Shown here: positions 35,036-44,924 of the stretch, one piece after another | How positions within the stretch are numbered: the first letter of the stretch is position 1 | Layout of the letters: each line of letters starts with the position of its first letter | NCBI GenBank assembly: GCA_963777505.1 | Contig: CAVZQN010000004.1 | Location: forward strand, 352,001 to 416,000 | DNA: 64,000 bases | From: an uncultured bacterium | GTDB lineage: Bacteria > Acidobacteriota > HRBIN11 > JAKEFK01 | Direction of reading: 5' to 3' | The notes under the pieces: model-generated | The model's input: only the letters and a program-made list of their open reading frames with translations | The model's database searches: none | What the model was told of the DNA's origin: nothing | Translations under genes and position numbers: made by a program

Positions 35036-36478
35036 ATGAAATGGGTAATCGGTCTAATCGTAGTACTGACTCTGTCTCTTAGCGCTTGCAAACTTGGTCC
35101 TGATTACGTTCGTCCGCCTGTTAAACCACCTGATGCGTGGAAAGAGGACGTTCCACTTGATGCCACACTCGCAAATGTTCCATGGTTTGATCTTTTTCAG
35201 GATCCGCAATTGCAAGAATTAATCCGAATTGCTCTTGAAGAAAATAAAGATTTGAAAATTGCAGTCGAACGGATCGAAGAAGCGCGTGCTTTTTACGGAT
35301 TTCAAAAAGCAGATCTTTATCCACAGGTAGATGCTAACGCTTCGGCTGCAGGAGTGGAACTAAGCCATGACAGCGTCAGCAAAATACCGGAAGATATCGA
35401 TACATCAAAACCTCTATACCAGTTTAGTGCGAGCGTATTTTGGGAACTGGATTTTTTTGGAAGAATAAGGCGTGCAACCGAAGCGGAAAAAGCACTTTTG
35501 TTATCTACGGAAGAAGGACGACGATTTGCGGTAATCAGTATTGTTGCAGCGGTAGCGCAAGCGTATGTGGAACTGCGTGATCTGGATCTCAGATTGGAAA
35601 TTTCCCGCGGTACTCTGAAATCGCGCGAAGAGTACGTCGCACTCGCAAAACTTCGTTTCGAAGGTGGGAGGACTTCCGAACTGGATTGGAGACAGGCTGA
35701 GGCGGAATACTATCGAACTCTTGCAATTGTTCACGATTTTGAGGCACTCGTTGTGCAAAAGGAAAATGAAATATCTGTTCTGCTGGGACGCAATCCCTCG
35801 CTAATCATAAGAGGCCGCAGGATAGATGAAGAGATCGTGCCACCAGAAATTCCTGTTGGATTACCATCAACTCTTTTAGAGCGGCGGCCCGATATTCTTG
35901 AGGCGGAACAAATATTAATCTCATCGAATGCAAGAATTGGTGAAGCAAAGGCTCTACTTTTTCCACGCATCTCTCTCACCGGGTTCTTTGGTTTTGAAAG
36001 TACAGAGCTTGGAGATCTTGTAGAAGCGCCCGCGAGAGCATGGTCAATTGGCGCTAATCTGATTCAACCTATTTTCAACGCTGGAAAAAACCAACGCAGA
36101 GTTGAAGTAACGGAATCACAATTTCGCCAGACACTCTATGCATATGAATCTGTAATCATTCAGGCTTTCCGCGAAGTCGAAGATTCCTTGATCGATTTTC
36201 AAAAATCAGGGGAGCGCCGGCTTGCACAAACTGCGCGAGTTGTAGCTGAACGCAGAGTACTTGAACTTGCGGAGGTTCGCTACAGAGGCGGTGTCTCAGA
36301 TTATTTAGAAGTATTGGATTCACAGCGTTCTTTATTCGATGCAGAATTAGATTCTGTTCAAAGTATCAGTGATCAACTTGTATCATTGGTGCGTTTGTAC
36401 AAAGCATTGGGCGGTGGTTGGACTACTCCCAATGAAACAACGATGCCGGCGGAAGAACAATCCCCGGCAGCTCAATAG
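35036..36478 (+). CDS. RND outer membrane factor lipoprotein (OprM/NodT family)
   Basis: Lipobox LSAC-KLGPDY, WELDFFGRIR, LLERRPDI, LYKALGGGW. Confidence 0.95.
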   Translation: MKWVIGLIVVLTLSLSACKLGPDYVRPPVKPPDAWKEDVPLDATLANVPWFDLFQDPQLQELIRIALEENKDLKIAVERIEEARAFYGFQKADLYPQVDANASAAGVELSHDSVSKIPEDIDTSKPLYQFSASVFWELDFFGRIRRATEAEKALLLSTEEGRRFAVISIVAAVAQAYVELRDLDLRLEISRGTLKSREEYVALAKLRFEGGRTSELDWRQAEAEYYRTLAIVHDFEALVVQKENEISVLLGRNPSLIIRGRRIDEEIVPPEIPVGLPSTLLERRPDILEAEQILISSNARIGEAKALLFPRISLTGFFGFESTELGDLVEAPARAWSIGANLIQPIFNAGKNQRRVEVTESQFRQTLYAYESVIIQAFREVEDSLIDFQKSGERRLAQTARVVAERRVLELAEVRYRGGVSDYLEVLDSQRSLFDAELDSVQSISDQLVSLVRLYKALGGGWTTPNETTMPAEEQSPAAQ

Positions 36479-36503
36479 CATTTTCGAATTAGGAGGTTTT
36501 GTA

Positions 36504-37062
36504 ATGAAGATTTTCAAAAAAGCAACTTTTGGCATTGTAGGCATCTTTTTAATGATGTTTGCCGGTGCTGCGTTAGCTCAGGATGTAAACACAGATCACG
36601 ATAAGGCTTTCGATTTCAAAACTCTGAAAACTTTTTCGGTAAAGGTTGGAACAGCATGGGGTAACCCTCTGGGTGAAAAACGTGTTGTTAGTGAAATAGA
36701 AACAGCGTTGACTCAAAAGAGGTTGGACAAAAGCGGCCGATGAAGCATCCGCAAATGCAATCGTTGTCCTTCATGGCGCAACAGAGGATAAGAAGGATCT
36801 GAATACATTCTATTCCGGTTACGGTGGCTATGGTGGTTATGGTTGGGGAGGCTGGGGCGGAATGTCTACCGCTCACACGACCGTTCATGAGTACAGAGTA
36901 GGCACTTTGGTAGTGGATATCTTTGACGCGAAATCCAAAGCACTTGTTTTTCGCGGTATTGCTCAGGACGAACTTTCAGATAAACCAGAAAAAAATCAGA
37001 AAAAAGCTCAAAAAGCCGCTGAGAAAATGTTTAAGGATTTTCCTCCCGGATCAAAATCCTAA
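36504..37062 (+). CDS. DUF4136 domain exported protein (frameshift near 36720)
   Basis: AQDVNTDHDKAFDF, YGGYGWGGWGG, EYRVGTLVVDIFDAKSK. Confidence 0.85.
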
Positions 37063-37076
37063 TAGTACACACCTAA

Positions 37077-37117
37077 CCGCAGAGGCACTGAGCTCATTAC
37101 TTTGTGTCTCTGCGGTT
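37077..37117. repeat. Hairpin or REP-like element, possible terminator
   Basis: ACCGCAGAGGCAC ... GTGTCTCTGCGGT inverted repeat. Confidence 0.55.
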
Positions 37118-37124
37118 TCCTACC

Positions 37125-37160
37125 CTCCGTAATTCCGTAGATAGCTCCTTTATTCCGTGG
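37125..37160. promoter_or_regulatory. Second pair of putative activator sites
   Basis: CTCCGTAATTCCGTAG (37125) and CTCCTTTATTCCGTGG (37145), again 20 bp apart, ~100 bp upstream of a sigma-54 promoter. Confidence 0.65.
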
Positions 37161-37258
37161 GAATCTGGTTCATTCTTTGAATCGCCAACTCAGGCTGCCC
37201 ATCTCCTAACTAACTCTAATACAACAACTTAGACAGCACGATTCTTGCGAATGTATGA

Positions 37259-37274
37259 TGGCACCTCGTTTGCC
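37259..37274 (+). promoter_or_regulatory. Sigma-54 promoter for the ABM-amidohydrolase-porin-glutaminase operon
   Basis: TGGCAC-CTCGT-TTGCC. Confidence 0.85.
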
Positions 37275-37286
37275 AATTAGCAAAAC

Positions 37287-37613
37287 ATGATACTCATGAA
37301 TTTAAGAATAGTGCCGGTTCCTTATCGAACAGCTGAACTGATTGATGCTTTGCGACTGCACATGGGCCGGACACAAGTTCAACCTGGATGTATCCGATGC
37401 CGCATTAGCCAGGATTCAGAACAAAAGAACATCGTTCTTTATCAAGAGGAATGGAACACCTGGGAGGAACTTGATAAACACATTTGCTCTGATCGTTTTT
37501 CTTGGATTTTGGAATTGATGGAGCAGTCGAGCAATATGCCGGATCTCAATTTCTGTGACGTTCATGAAACTCGGGGAATTGAATACATCAAGAAATTACG
37601 CAAGGTGAACTAA
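37287..37613 (+). CDS. Antibiotic biosynthesis monooxygenase (ABM)-fold protein
   Basis: QPGCIRC..YQEEWNTWEELDKHI pattern, 108 aa. Confidence 0.75.
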   Translation: MILMNLRIVPVPYRTAELIDALRLHMGRTQVQPGCIRCRISQDSEQKNIVLYQEEWNTWEELDKHICSDRFSWILELMEQSSNMPDLNFCDVHETRGIEYIKKLRKVN

Positions 37614-37633
37614 AAGAATTTTGTGGAGAATAA

Positions 37634-38758
37634 GTGATGGAGTGTTCAAAAGCAGTAATTCCAAATCGATGTAAAAGAGAAATCATTAAAACTTTGATCC
37701 ATGATTTTTCAAAATGGCACAGTTTGTTCATTATTGTGCTCTTTTTTTTGTTGGCGCCATTTTCGTTATTCGCGTATGAGTTCAATGATTCACACTTTCA
37801 TTTGACCAGTTATATTCAGGAAGGGACAGACATTCATGAATTCGTAAAAATAATGGGAACGACTGTTGGCCGTTCTACTTTATTCGGAATTCCGTTGCAG
37901 CAGCAATGGGCCTACGGAAACACGGGCGATTTTGCTCCGACTTACTATCTTCAAACGGATGCTCCGCTTTATTACTACTCCTTTACAGATGCCCACATTG
38001 CGACGGCATATAAGTCTTTGAATCCCGAACAGCAGGCGCGTCTGGATCCGATGATTACCGGATTCAATCCTACAGACATGTATGCAGCTGATCATATCCG
38101 GCGCGTGCTTCAAACATTCCCTGGAGTGTTTACGGGCATCGGTGAATTTACTATTCACAAAGAGTTCGTCTCATCAAAAATTGCTGGTGATACTGCAAGC
38201 CTGACAAATCCGGCCTTAGACAAGATTCTGGACTTCGCAGCAGAAGCAGGGTTGGTTGCGATTCTTCACAACGATATCAATATGCCGTTTCCCAAACCGG
38301 ATCAGGAGCCATACATGCTCGTGCAATTAAAAGAGCTATTTATGCGGCATCCGAAAACGACAATCATCTGGGCCCACATTGGTCTGGGGAGAATTGTCCG
38401 TCCTGTAGACGAACAAGCTGCATTGATTGAACGTGCTCTCAACAACAAAGAAATGAGTCACGTTTACTTTGACATTTCATGGGACGAAGTAGCGAAATAC
38501 GCTGTTGCTACTCCCGAAGCTACAAAAACAGTCGCAGATTTGATCAATCGATTTCCGGACCGCTTCCTGTTTGGGACCGATGTGGTCGCGCCTAAAAACG
38601 TAAAAGCGATGACGGATGTGTTCCATATATATGATCCCGTCTGGAAGTTACTTACCAAAGAAGCAAGCCACAAAGTTCGGATCGGAAATTATGAGCGGCT
38701 ATTTAATGACGCCAGGACAAAAGTCAGAGCCTGGGAAAAAGTAAATATACGGAGATAA
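37634..38758 (+). CDS. Exported amidohydrolase-family (TIM barrel) protein
   Basis: DSHFHL, GIGEF, ILHND, IWAHIG, RFLFGTD; start uncertain. Confidence 0.85.
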   Translation: MMECSKAVIPNRCKREIIKTLIHDFSKWHSLFIIVLFFLLAPFSLFAYEFNDSHFHLTSYIQEGTDIHEFVKIMGTTVGRSTLFGIPLQQQWAYGNTGDFAPTYYLQTDAPLYYYSFTDAHIATAYKSLNPEQQARLDPMITGFNPTDMYAADHIRRVLQTFPGVFTGIGEFTIHKEFVSSKIAGDTASLTNPALDKILDFAAEAGLVAILHNDINMPFPKPDQEPYMLVQLKELFMRHPKTTIIWAHIGLGRIVRPVDEQAALIERALNNKEMSHVYFDISWDEVAKYAVATPEATKTVADLINRFPDRFLFGTDVVAPKNVKAMTDVFHIYDPVWKLLTKEASHKVRIGNYERLFNDARTKVRAWEKVNIRR

Positions 38759-38762
38759 ACAG

Positions 38763-40073
38763 ATGAGATATAGAGCCAAGTTTTCTTACATCAACATCGG
38801 GTGGCTGTGGGGATTCGTTTTAATATTTTTCCTCGCGCCATCCATATACGCAGAAGCAAATGAGGTCGAATCTTTTGATTTAGTGGCTTCTGCATCATTG
38901 GATGATGCTGCAGCGCAGGATGCTGAGACAGTTGAAGCAAAACCAAAATTTGATATTTACGGTTTTGCAATGTTGGACACCGGATATCAAACCGGACAAA
39001 ACGATCCGAATTGGTTTGATGTTGTAAGGCCGACAAAACTTCCTTCTTTTGACGATGAGTTTGGCGAAGATGGCCGCTGGTTCGCAGGAGTTCGTCAATC
39101 GCGTTTTGGTGCGAAGGCTTACTTCCCAACAGATCTTGGCGAATTAAGAACAACATTTGAATTCGAATTATTTGGTACAGGTGTAGATCAGGGACAGACG
39201 ACATTTCGTTTGCGACATGCATATGGTGAGCTAGGTCAATTTGGTGCAGGCCAATACTGGAGCCCGTTCATGGATATCGATGTGTTCCCAAATACGATTG
39301 AGTATTGGGGACCAACCGGAATGGTATTCTTTCGGAACGTTCAAGTACGCTGGATGCCGATCCAGGGTGATTCACGTTTGACGATAGCAGTTGAGCGGCC
39401 TGGTGCCAGTGCGGATGCCGGCTCCATCGCAGACCGTATCGAACTTCAAGGTGTTCGCGGACGATTTCCAGTGCCAGATATTTCTGCTGAGTACCGCTAT
39501 GGCGGAAATAGCTGGGGCTATGTCGAAGCGGCAGGAATTTTCAGAAAGATGTACATAGATGATACCAATACGGATGAATTTGATCTGGATCAGGATTTAA
39601 CCGGTTGGGGCATTAATTTAAGTTCAAACCTGAAATTCGGAAACGATACGCTTCGACTTCAATACGTTTTTGGTGAAGGCATTCAAAACTACATGAATGA
39701 TGCGCCGGTTGATGTTGGAGCGAAGAGCAATCCTGGAAACGTCGTAACGCCAGTTGAAGGTGAAGCGCTTCCACTTCAAGGACTCGTTATTTTTTATGAC
39801 CACACCTGGGGTGATGGTGACTGGACCACTTCAGTCGGCTATTCAATGATCGACATTGAAAATAGTGATCTGCAATTAGCAAGCGCTTTTAAGGCCGGTC
39901 ATTACGCAATCGGCAACCTTCTTTACTATCCCGCACCGAACGTGATGATGGGCGGCGAACTTCAATGGGGCCGCAGAGAAAACTTCGCTGATGGCTTTGA
40001 AGTCGATGATTTTCGCATTCAATTCTCATTCAAATATAACTTTTCGGTCTCTTTAGGAGGTAACGAATTATGA
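38763..40073 (+). CDS. dcaP: DcaP-family outer-membrane porin
   Basis: Signal peptide; IYGFAMLD, VRQSRFG, FRLRHAYGELG, RNVQVRW, terminal FSFKYNF. Confidence 0.88.
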   Translation: MRYRAKFSYINIGWLWGFVLIFFLAPSIYAEANEVESFDLVASASLDDAAAQDAETVEAKPKFDIYGFAMLDTGYQTGQNDPNWFDVVRPTKLPSFDDEFGEDGRWFAGVRQSRFGAKAYFPTDLGELRTTFEFELFGTGVDQGQTTFRLRHAYGELGQFGAGQYWSPFMDIDVFPNTIEYWGPTGMVFFRNVQVRWMPIQGDSRLTIAVERPGASADAGSIADRIELQGVRGRFPVPDISAEYRYGGNSWGYVEAAGIFRKMYIDDTNTDEFDLDQDLTGWGINLSSNLKFGNDTLRLQYVFGEGIQNYMNDAPVDVGAKSNPGNVVTPVEGEALPLQGLVIFYDHTWGDGDWTTSVGYSMIDIENSDLQLASAFKAGHYAIGNLLYYPAPNVMMGGELQWGRRENFADGFEVDDFRIQFSFKYNFSVSLGGNEL

Positions 40074-42256
40074 GCAGCGTAATGCGATATATAAAACAAC
40101 CATGGCTACTGCTGCTTGTAATAGCCATGTTTACAGTCACATCAGCACAAGCTCAAACCGCTGATGAGATTAATGCTGCACTGAAAGCAGCATATGACAA
40201 ATACTTGACTCTTCAAGAGGGTAAAAATGCTGACTATATTCCTGCACTTGCAAAAGTAGATCCAAATGTTTTTGGAATCGCGTTGGTGACAACCGATGGA
40301 AAGGTCTACACAACAGGAGACATTACGACCGAAGTATCGATCCAATCGATTTCTAAAGTTTTCACAATGGCTCAGGTGATTCAGGAACAAGGATTGGATC
40401 AAATCAGAAATACGATCGGTGTTGATGCAACAGGCGCGCGATTCAATTCGATCATCGCAGTCGAAGGAGTTCGCACAGTTGTTGGCACCGGAGCTCCGGA
40501 AATGAATCCGTTAGTAAATGCAGGCGCAATTTCATCGACCGGTATGGTAAAAGGAGCAAATGCCGATGAGATTTGGAACAAGATCATAGGAATTCATAAT
40601 GATTGTGCCGGGCGTCAGCTTACAGTACTGCAAGATGTTTACAAGTCTGAATCAGATTCGAATCAACGCAACCAGGCAATTGGCGCATTGATGCTTGCGT
40701 ATGGTTACATCAAGACCGATTGGGAACGTGCAGTGGATCTCTACACGCGGCAATGTTCTATCGGCGTGAATGCAAAAGATTTAGCATCAATGGCGGGAAC
40801 ACTCGCAAACGGCGGTAAAAATCCTGTAACTGGCAAACAAGTAATCGATGCGGAGAAAGTTCCAGGAGTACTTGCCGTAATGGCAACTGCAGGTTTGTAC
40901 GATGATTCGGGCAAGTGGCTTTTTGCAACAGGACTGCCTGCGAAAAGCGGAGTTGGTGGCGGCCTCATTGCTATATCACCAGGCAAATTCGGGATCGCGG
41001 TGATCTCTCCACCACTTGATGATGCAGGAAACAGCGTTAAAGCACAGAAAGCGATCACAGATATTTCAAATGCGTTAGACGGAAATCCATACGCAGTAAC
41101 CCCGGGTGATACTGCAGATATCCAGGGAGAGGTAAAACCAAAATTTGATATTTATGGTTTTGCAATGATGGATACCGGATATCAAAGCGGACAAAACGAT
41201 CCGAATTGGTTTGATGTTGTAAGGCCGACAAAACTTCCTTCTTTTGAAGATGAGTTTGGCGAAGATGGCCGCTGGTTCGCAGGAGTTCGTCAATCGCGTT
41301 TTGGTGCGAAGGCTTACTTCCCAACAGATCTTGGCGAATTAAGAACAACATTTGAATTCGAATTATTTGGTACCGGTGTAGATCAGGGACAAACGACATT
41401 TCGTTTGCGACATGCATATGGTGAGCTAGGTCAATTTGGTGCAGGCCAATACTGGAGCCCGTTCATGGATATCGATGTGTTCCCAAATACGATTGAATAT
41501 TGGGGACCAACCGGAATGGTGTTCTTTCGGAACGTTCAAGTACGCTGGATGCCAATCCAGGGTGATTCACGGTTGACGATTGCAGTTGAGCGGCCTGGTG
41601 CCAGTGCGGATGCCGGCTCTATCGCAGACCGTATCGAACTTCAAGGTGTTCGCGGACGATTTCCAGTGCCAGATATTTCTGCTGAGTACCGCTATGGCGG
41701 AAATAGCTGGGGCTATGTCGAAGCGGCAGGAATTTTCAGAAAGATGTACATAGATGATACCAATACGGATGAATTTGATCTGGATCAGGATTTAACCGGT
41801 TGGGGCATTAATTTGAGTTCAAACCTGAAATTCGGAAACGATACGCTTCGACTTCAATACGTTTTTGGTGAAGGCATTCAAAACTACATGAATGATGCGC
41901 CGGTTGATGTTGGAGCGAAGAGCAATCCTGGAAACGTAGTAACGCCAGTTGAAGGTGAAGCGCTTCCACTTCAAGGACTCGTTATTTTTTATGACCACAC
42001 CTGGGGTGATGGTGACTGGACCACTTCAGTCGGCTATTCAATGATCGACATTGAAAATAGTGATCTGCAATTAGCAAGCGCTTTTAAGGCCGGTCATTAC
42101 GCAATCGGTAACCTTCTTTACTATCCCGCACCGAACGTAATGATGGGCGGCGAACTTCAATGGGGCCGCAGAGAAAACTTCGCTGATGGCTTTGAAGTCG
42201 ATGATTTTCGTATTCAATTCTCATTCAAATATAACTTTTCGGTCTCTTTAGGAGGT
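38939..42256 (+). repeat. 1123-bp near-identical direct repeat (38939-40061 and 41134-42256)
   Basis: Porin coding region duplicated at offset 2195 bp with roughly 18 mismatches (by eye), mostly synonymous. Confidence 0.95.
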
Positions 42257-42262
42257 CAATAA
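40070..42262 (+). CDS. glsA: Signal peptide-glutaminase A fused in frame to a complete DcaP porin
   Basis: GKNADYIPALAKVD, SIQSISK (SxxK), NPLVNAGAI, GLPAKSGVGGG, linker AVTPGDTADIQGEV, then KPKFDIYGF...FKYNF. Confidence 0.9.
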   Translation: MSSVMRYIKQPWLLLLVIAMFTVTSAQAQTADEINAALKAAYDKYLTLQEGKNADYIPALAKVDPNVFGIALVTTDGKVYTTGDITTEVSIQSISKVFTMAQVIQEQGLDQIRNTIGVDATGARFNSIIAVEGVRTVVGTGAPEMNPLVNAGAISSTGMVKGANADEIWNKIIGIHNDCAGRQLTVLQDVYKSESDSNQRNQAIGALMLAYGYIKTDWERAVDLYTRQCSIGVNAKDLASMAGTLANGGKNPVTGKQVIDAEKVPGVLAVMATAGLYDDSGKWLFATGLPAKSGVGGGLIAISPGKFGIAVISPPLDDAGNSVKAQKAITDISNALDGNPYAVTPGDTADIQGEVKPKFDIYGFAMMDTGYQSGQNDPNWFDVVRPTKLPSFEDEFGEDGRWFAGVRQSRFGAKAYFPTDLGELRTTFEFELFGTGVDQGQTTFRLRHAYGELGQFGAGQYWSPFMDIDVFPNTIEYWGPTGMVFFRNVQVRWMPIQGDSRLTIAVERPGASADAGSIADRIELQGVRGRFPVPDISAEYRYGGNSWGYVEAAGIFRKMYIDDTNTDEFDLDQDLTGWGINLSSNLKFGNDTLRLQYVFGEGIQNYMNDAPVDVGAKSNPGNVVTPVEGEALPLQGLVIFYDHTWGDGDWTTSVGYSMIDIENSDLQLASAFKAGHYAIGNLLYYPAPNVMMGGELQWGRRENFADGFEVDDFRIQFSFKYNFSVSLGGQ

Positions 42263-42264
42263 CC

Positions 42265-43309
42265 ATGAGCAGCTCAATATTAAAATTTGCAACAAGAACA
42301 TGGCTTCTGCTGCTTGTTGTTGCAATGTTTTCAGTAACGTCAGTTGCAGGCTCAAACACCGGATCAAATTAATAGTGCCTTGAAGGCAGCGTATGACAAG
42401 TATCAAAATTTGAAAGAAGGTAAGAATGCGGACTATATTCCTGCACTTGCCAAAGTAGATCCAAATGTTTTTGGAATCGCGTTGGTGACAACCGATGGAA
42501 AGGTTTATTCAACTGGCGATCTGAAGACTGAAGTATCGATCCAATCGATCTCAAAAGTTTTTACGATGGCGCAGGTGATTCAGGAACAGGGATTGGATCA
42601 AATCAGCAAAACGATTGGTGTTGATGCAACAGGCGCGCGATTCAATTCGATCATCGCTGTGGAAGCGGTCAAGACAGTAGTTGGTACGGGAGCACCGGAG
42701 ATGAATCCGTTAGTAAATGCAGGCGCAATTTCATCGACCGGTATGGTAAAAGGAAATTCTGCTGATGAGGTCTGGGCTAAGATCATCGGAATTCATAATG
42801 ATTTTGCTGGCCGACAGCTAACTGTTCTTCAGGATGTATACAAATCGGAGGCCGACACGAACCAGCGCAACCAGGCGATTGGCGCTCTCATGCTGGCTTA
42901 TGGATACATCAAGAATAATTGGCAGCAGGCGGTTGATCTTTACACGAAGCAGTGTTCGATTGGAGTTAACGCGAAAGATTTAGCCACAATGGCCGGTACG
43001 CTTGCTAATGGCGGAAAAAATCCAGTTACCGGGAAAGTAATTATTGATGCCGCAAAAGTGCCCGGTGTCCTTGCAGTTATGGCGACAGCTGGTTTATACG
43101 ATGATTCCGGCAAATGGCTTTTTGCAACAGGACTGCCTGCAAAGAGCGGAGTAGGGGGCGGCATTATTGCTGTGTCACCAGGGAAATTCGGAATCGCAGT
43201 GATCTCTCCACCACTTGATGATGCAGGAAACAGCGTTAAAGCACAGAAAGTGATCACAGATATTTCAAATGCGTTAGGCGGAAATCCTTACGCTACAAGG
43301 CCGCGTTGA
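42265..43309 (+). CDS. glsA: Glutaminase A with signal peptide (frameshift at ~42343)
   Basis: Same glutaminase motifs; ATG 42265 after GGAGG begins a signal peptide homologous to that of 40070. Confidence 0.93.
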
Positions 43310-43320
43310 ATTCATGCAGT

Positions 43321-43353
43321 AAGAGCGTGGGCAACAATGCCTGCGCTCTTTTT
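43321..43353 (+). terminator. Intrinsic terminator
   Basis: AAGAGCGTGGGCA-ACAA-TGCCTGCGCTCTT followed by a T-run. Confidence 0.75.
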
Positions 43354-43412
43354 CGGCATCAGTAATTTTGTCGGCTGGGATTAAACAGTTGAACAGAGAT
43401 AGGAGATTGTTT

Positions 43413-44915
43413 ATGAGGGTTCTCTCTGGATTCGGTTCGATATTTTTGCGTTATCTAGTCTGCATCGTTTTCTTTCTCGTTTTACCGCAATTTCTTTCGG
43501 CCCAGGCAGTCTTAATAACTTGTTCGTCCAAGGTAGGCGAGCGCCAATCGTGCCCTGCTGATACTTCGAGGGGTGTTGTTCTTGCTAAATCCTCAGGTGA
43601 GTCTGCCTGCCTGTTAGGGAAGACATGGGGCTACGATGATAAGGGCGTCTGGGTTTCGGACGGTTGTGTCGGTGAATTCATCGTTAAAGGAGGGTCGACA
43701 GAGCAACCGGAGAAGAAAGGGAAACCCGAATACATTCCCAACGCCGGGTTCCTTTTATATGAAGGCGAAAAGGGCGAAATATATATGAGGCTCTTTAGCT
43801 ATGTGCGTTACCTGAATCAGAAAGGTCTGGATCCGAACTATACTGACTTCTTCGGGAATACGTTCGAAGTAAAGCAACGCGAGGATGTTCAGTTAACCAA
43901 GTTCTTTCTGCCGTTTACCGGTTGGTTCTTGACTCCAAAGTTCCGCTACTACCTATATGTATGGTCAGCTAACACATCTCAAGGCGATGCAGCACAGGTG
44001 GTGGGCGCTGGCAACTTGAGTTACAGCTTCAACAGGCATGTGATTTTTGGTGGTGGAATTACCAGTCTTCCTTCTGTGCGAAGCACCGAGGGTCAATTCC
44101 CTTACTGGCACAGCGTAGACAATCGTCTTATTTCGGACGAGTTCTTCCGGGGCTCGTACACAAGCGGCTTTTGGCTCAAAGGAGAGATCTCCGCCGAATT
44201 GAAATATCAGGCGATGATCGGCAATAACCTGAGCACGCTCGGTGTGAGCGCAGCGCAACTGGACAACAAGCTCAATACATCCTCATTCATGCTCCAATGG
44301 TTGCCGACTACAGGTGAGTTCGGCCTTTACGGGACGTATGGCGATTACGACTTTCACGAAAACTTAGCTACACGGCTTGCAGGCCACTACACCCATAGTA
44401 CAGAGGATAGGCAGAGCCAGCCAGGTGCCAACAGCATTGAGAATAGCCAGATCCGGCTAACAGATGGAAGCGTTATCTTCACTCCCAATCTTTTCGGCGA
44501 TGGCATTACGGTTGAACAAGTTGACTACGACATGTCGAGCATTGATGCAGGACTGAAGTGGAAAGGTTTTGCGCTTGAAGGAGAGTACTACTGGCGCTGG
44601 TTAAGTGATTTCCAGGGAAGCAACATGGGAGGAATTGCCGACATCAACGATCACGGTTATCAGCTGCAATTTTCAGCAATGGTTATCCCTAAAGTCCTTC
44701 AGCCCTATATTGGCAGTTCTGGAATCTATGGCGACTTTGGTGATGCATCCGAGTTTCGAGCAGGCGTTAACTGGTATTTCATTGAGCAACGCGGACTCAG
44801 AGTGAATGCGGAATGGATTCATCTAAATAATTCTCCGGTTGGATACATAGCAGTTCCTTATCCAGTGGGTGGAAATGGAGACGTTTTCACCGCCGTTTTG
44901 GAGATGAATTTCTAA
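43413..44915 (+). CDS. DUF3011-domain protein fused to a porin-like beta-barrel
   Basis: ITCSS..RQSC..C..GKTWGYD..GVWVSDGC (DUF3011), then amphipathic strands ending LEMNF. Confidence 0.7.
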   Translation: MRVLSGFGSIFLRYLVCIVFFLVLPQFLSAQAVLITCSSKVGERQSCPADTSRGVVLAKSSGESACLLGKTWGYDDKGVWVSDGCVGEFIVKGGSTEQPEKKGKPEYIPNAGFLLYEGEKGEIYMRLFSYVRYLNQKGLDPNYTDFFGNTFEVKQREDVQLTKFFLPFTGWFLTPKFRYYLYVWSANTSQGDAAQVVGAGNLSYSFNRHVIFGGGITSLPSVRSTEGQFPYWHSVDNRLISDEFFRGSYTSGFWLKGEISAELKYQAMIGNNLSTLGVSAAQLDNKLNTSSFMLQWLPTTGEFGLYGTYGDYDFHENLATRLAGHYTHSTEDRQSQPGANSIENSQIRLTDGSVIFTPNLFGDGITVEQVDYDMSSIDAGLKWKGFALEGEYYWRWLSDFQGSNMGGIADINDHGYQLQFSAMVIPKVLQPYIGSSGIYGDFGDASEFRAGVNWYFIEQRGLRVNAEWIHLNNSPVGYIAVPYPVGGNGDVFTAVLEMNF

Positions 44916-44924
44916 GAAGGAAAT

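Noticed and set aside
37715-37730. Extra sigma-54 promoter TGGCACAGTTTGTTCA
   Set aside because: The -12 GC is absent at the required spacing and it lies in coding sequence.
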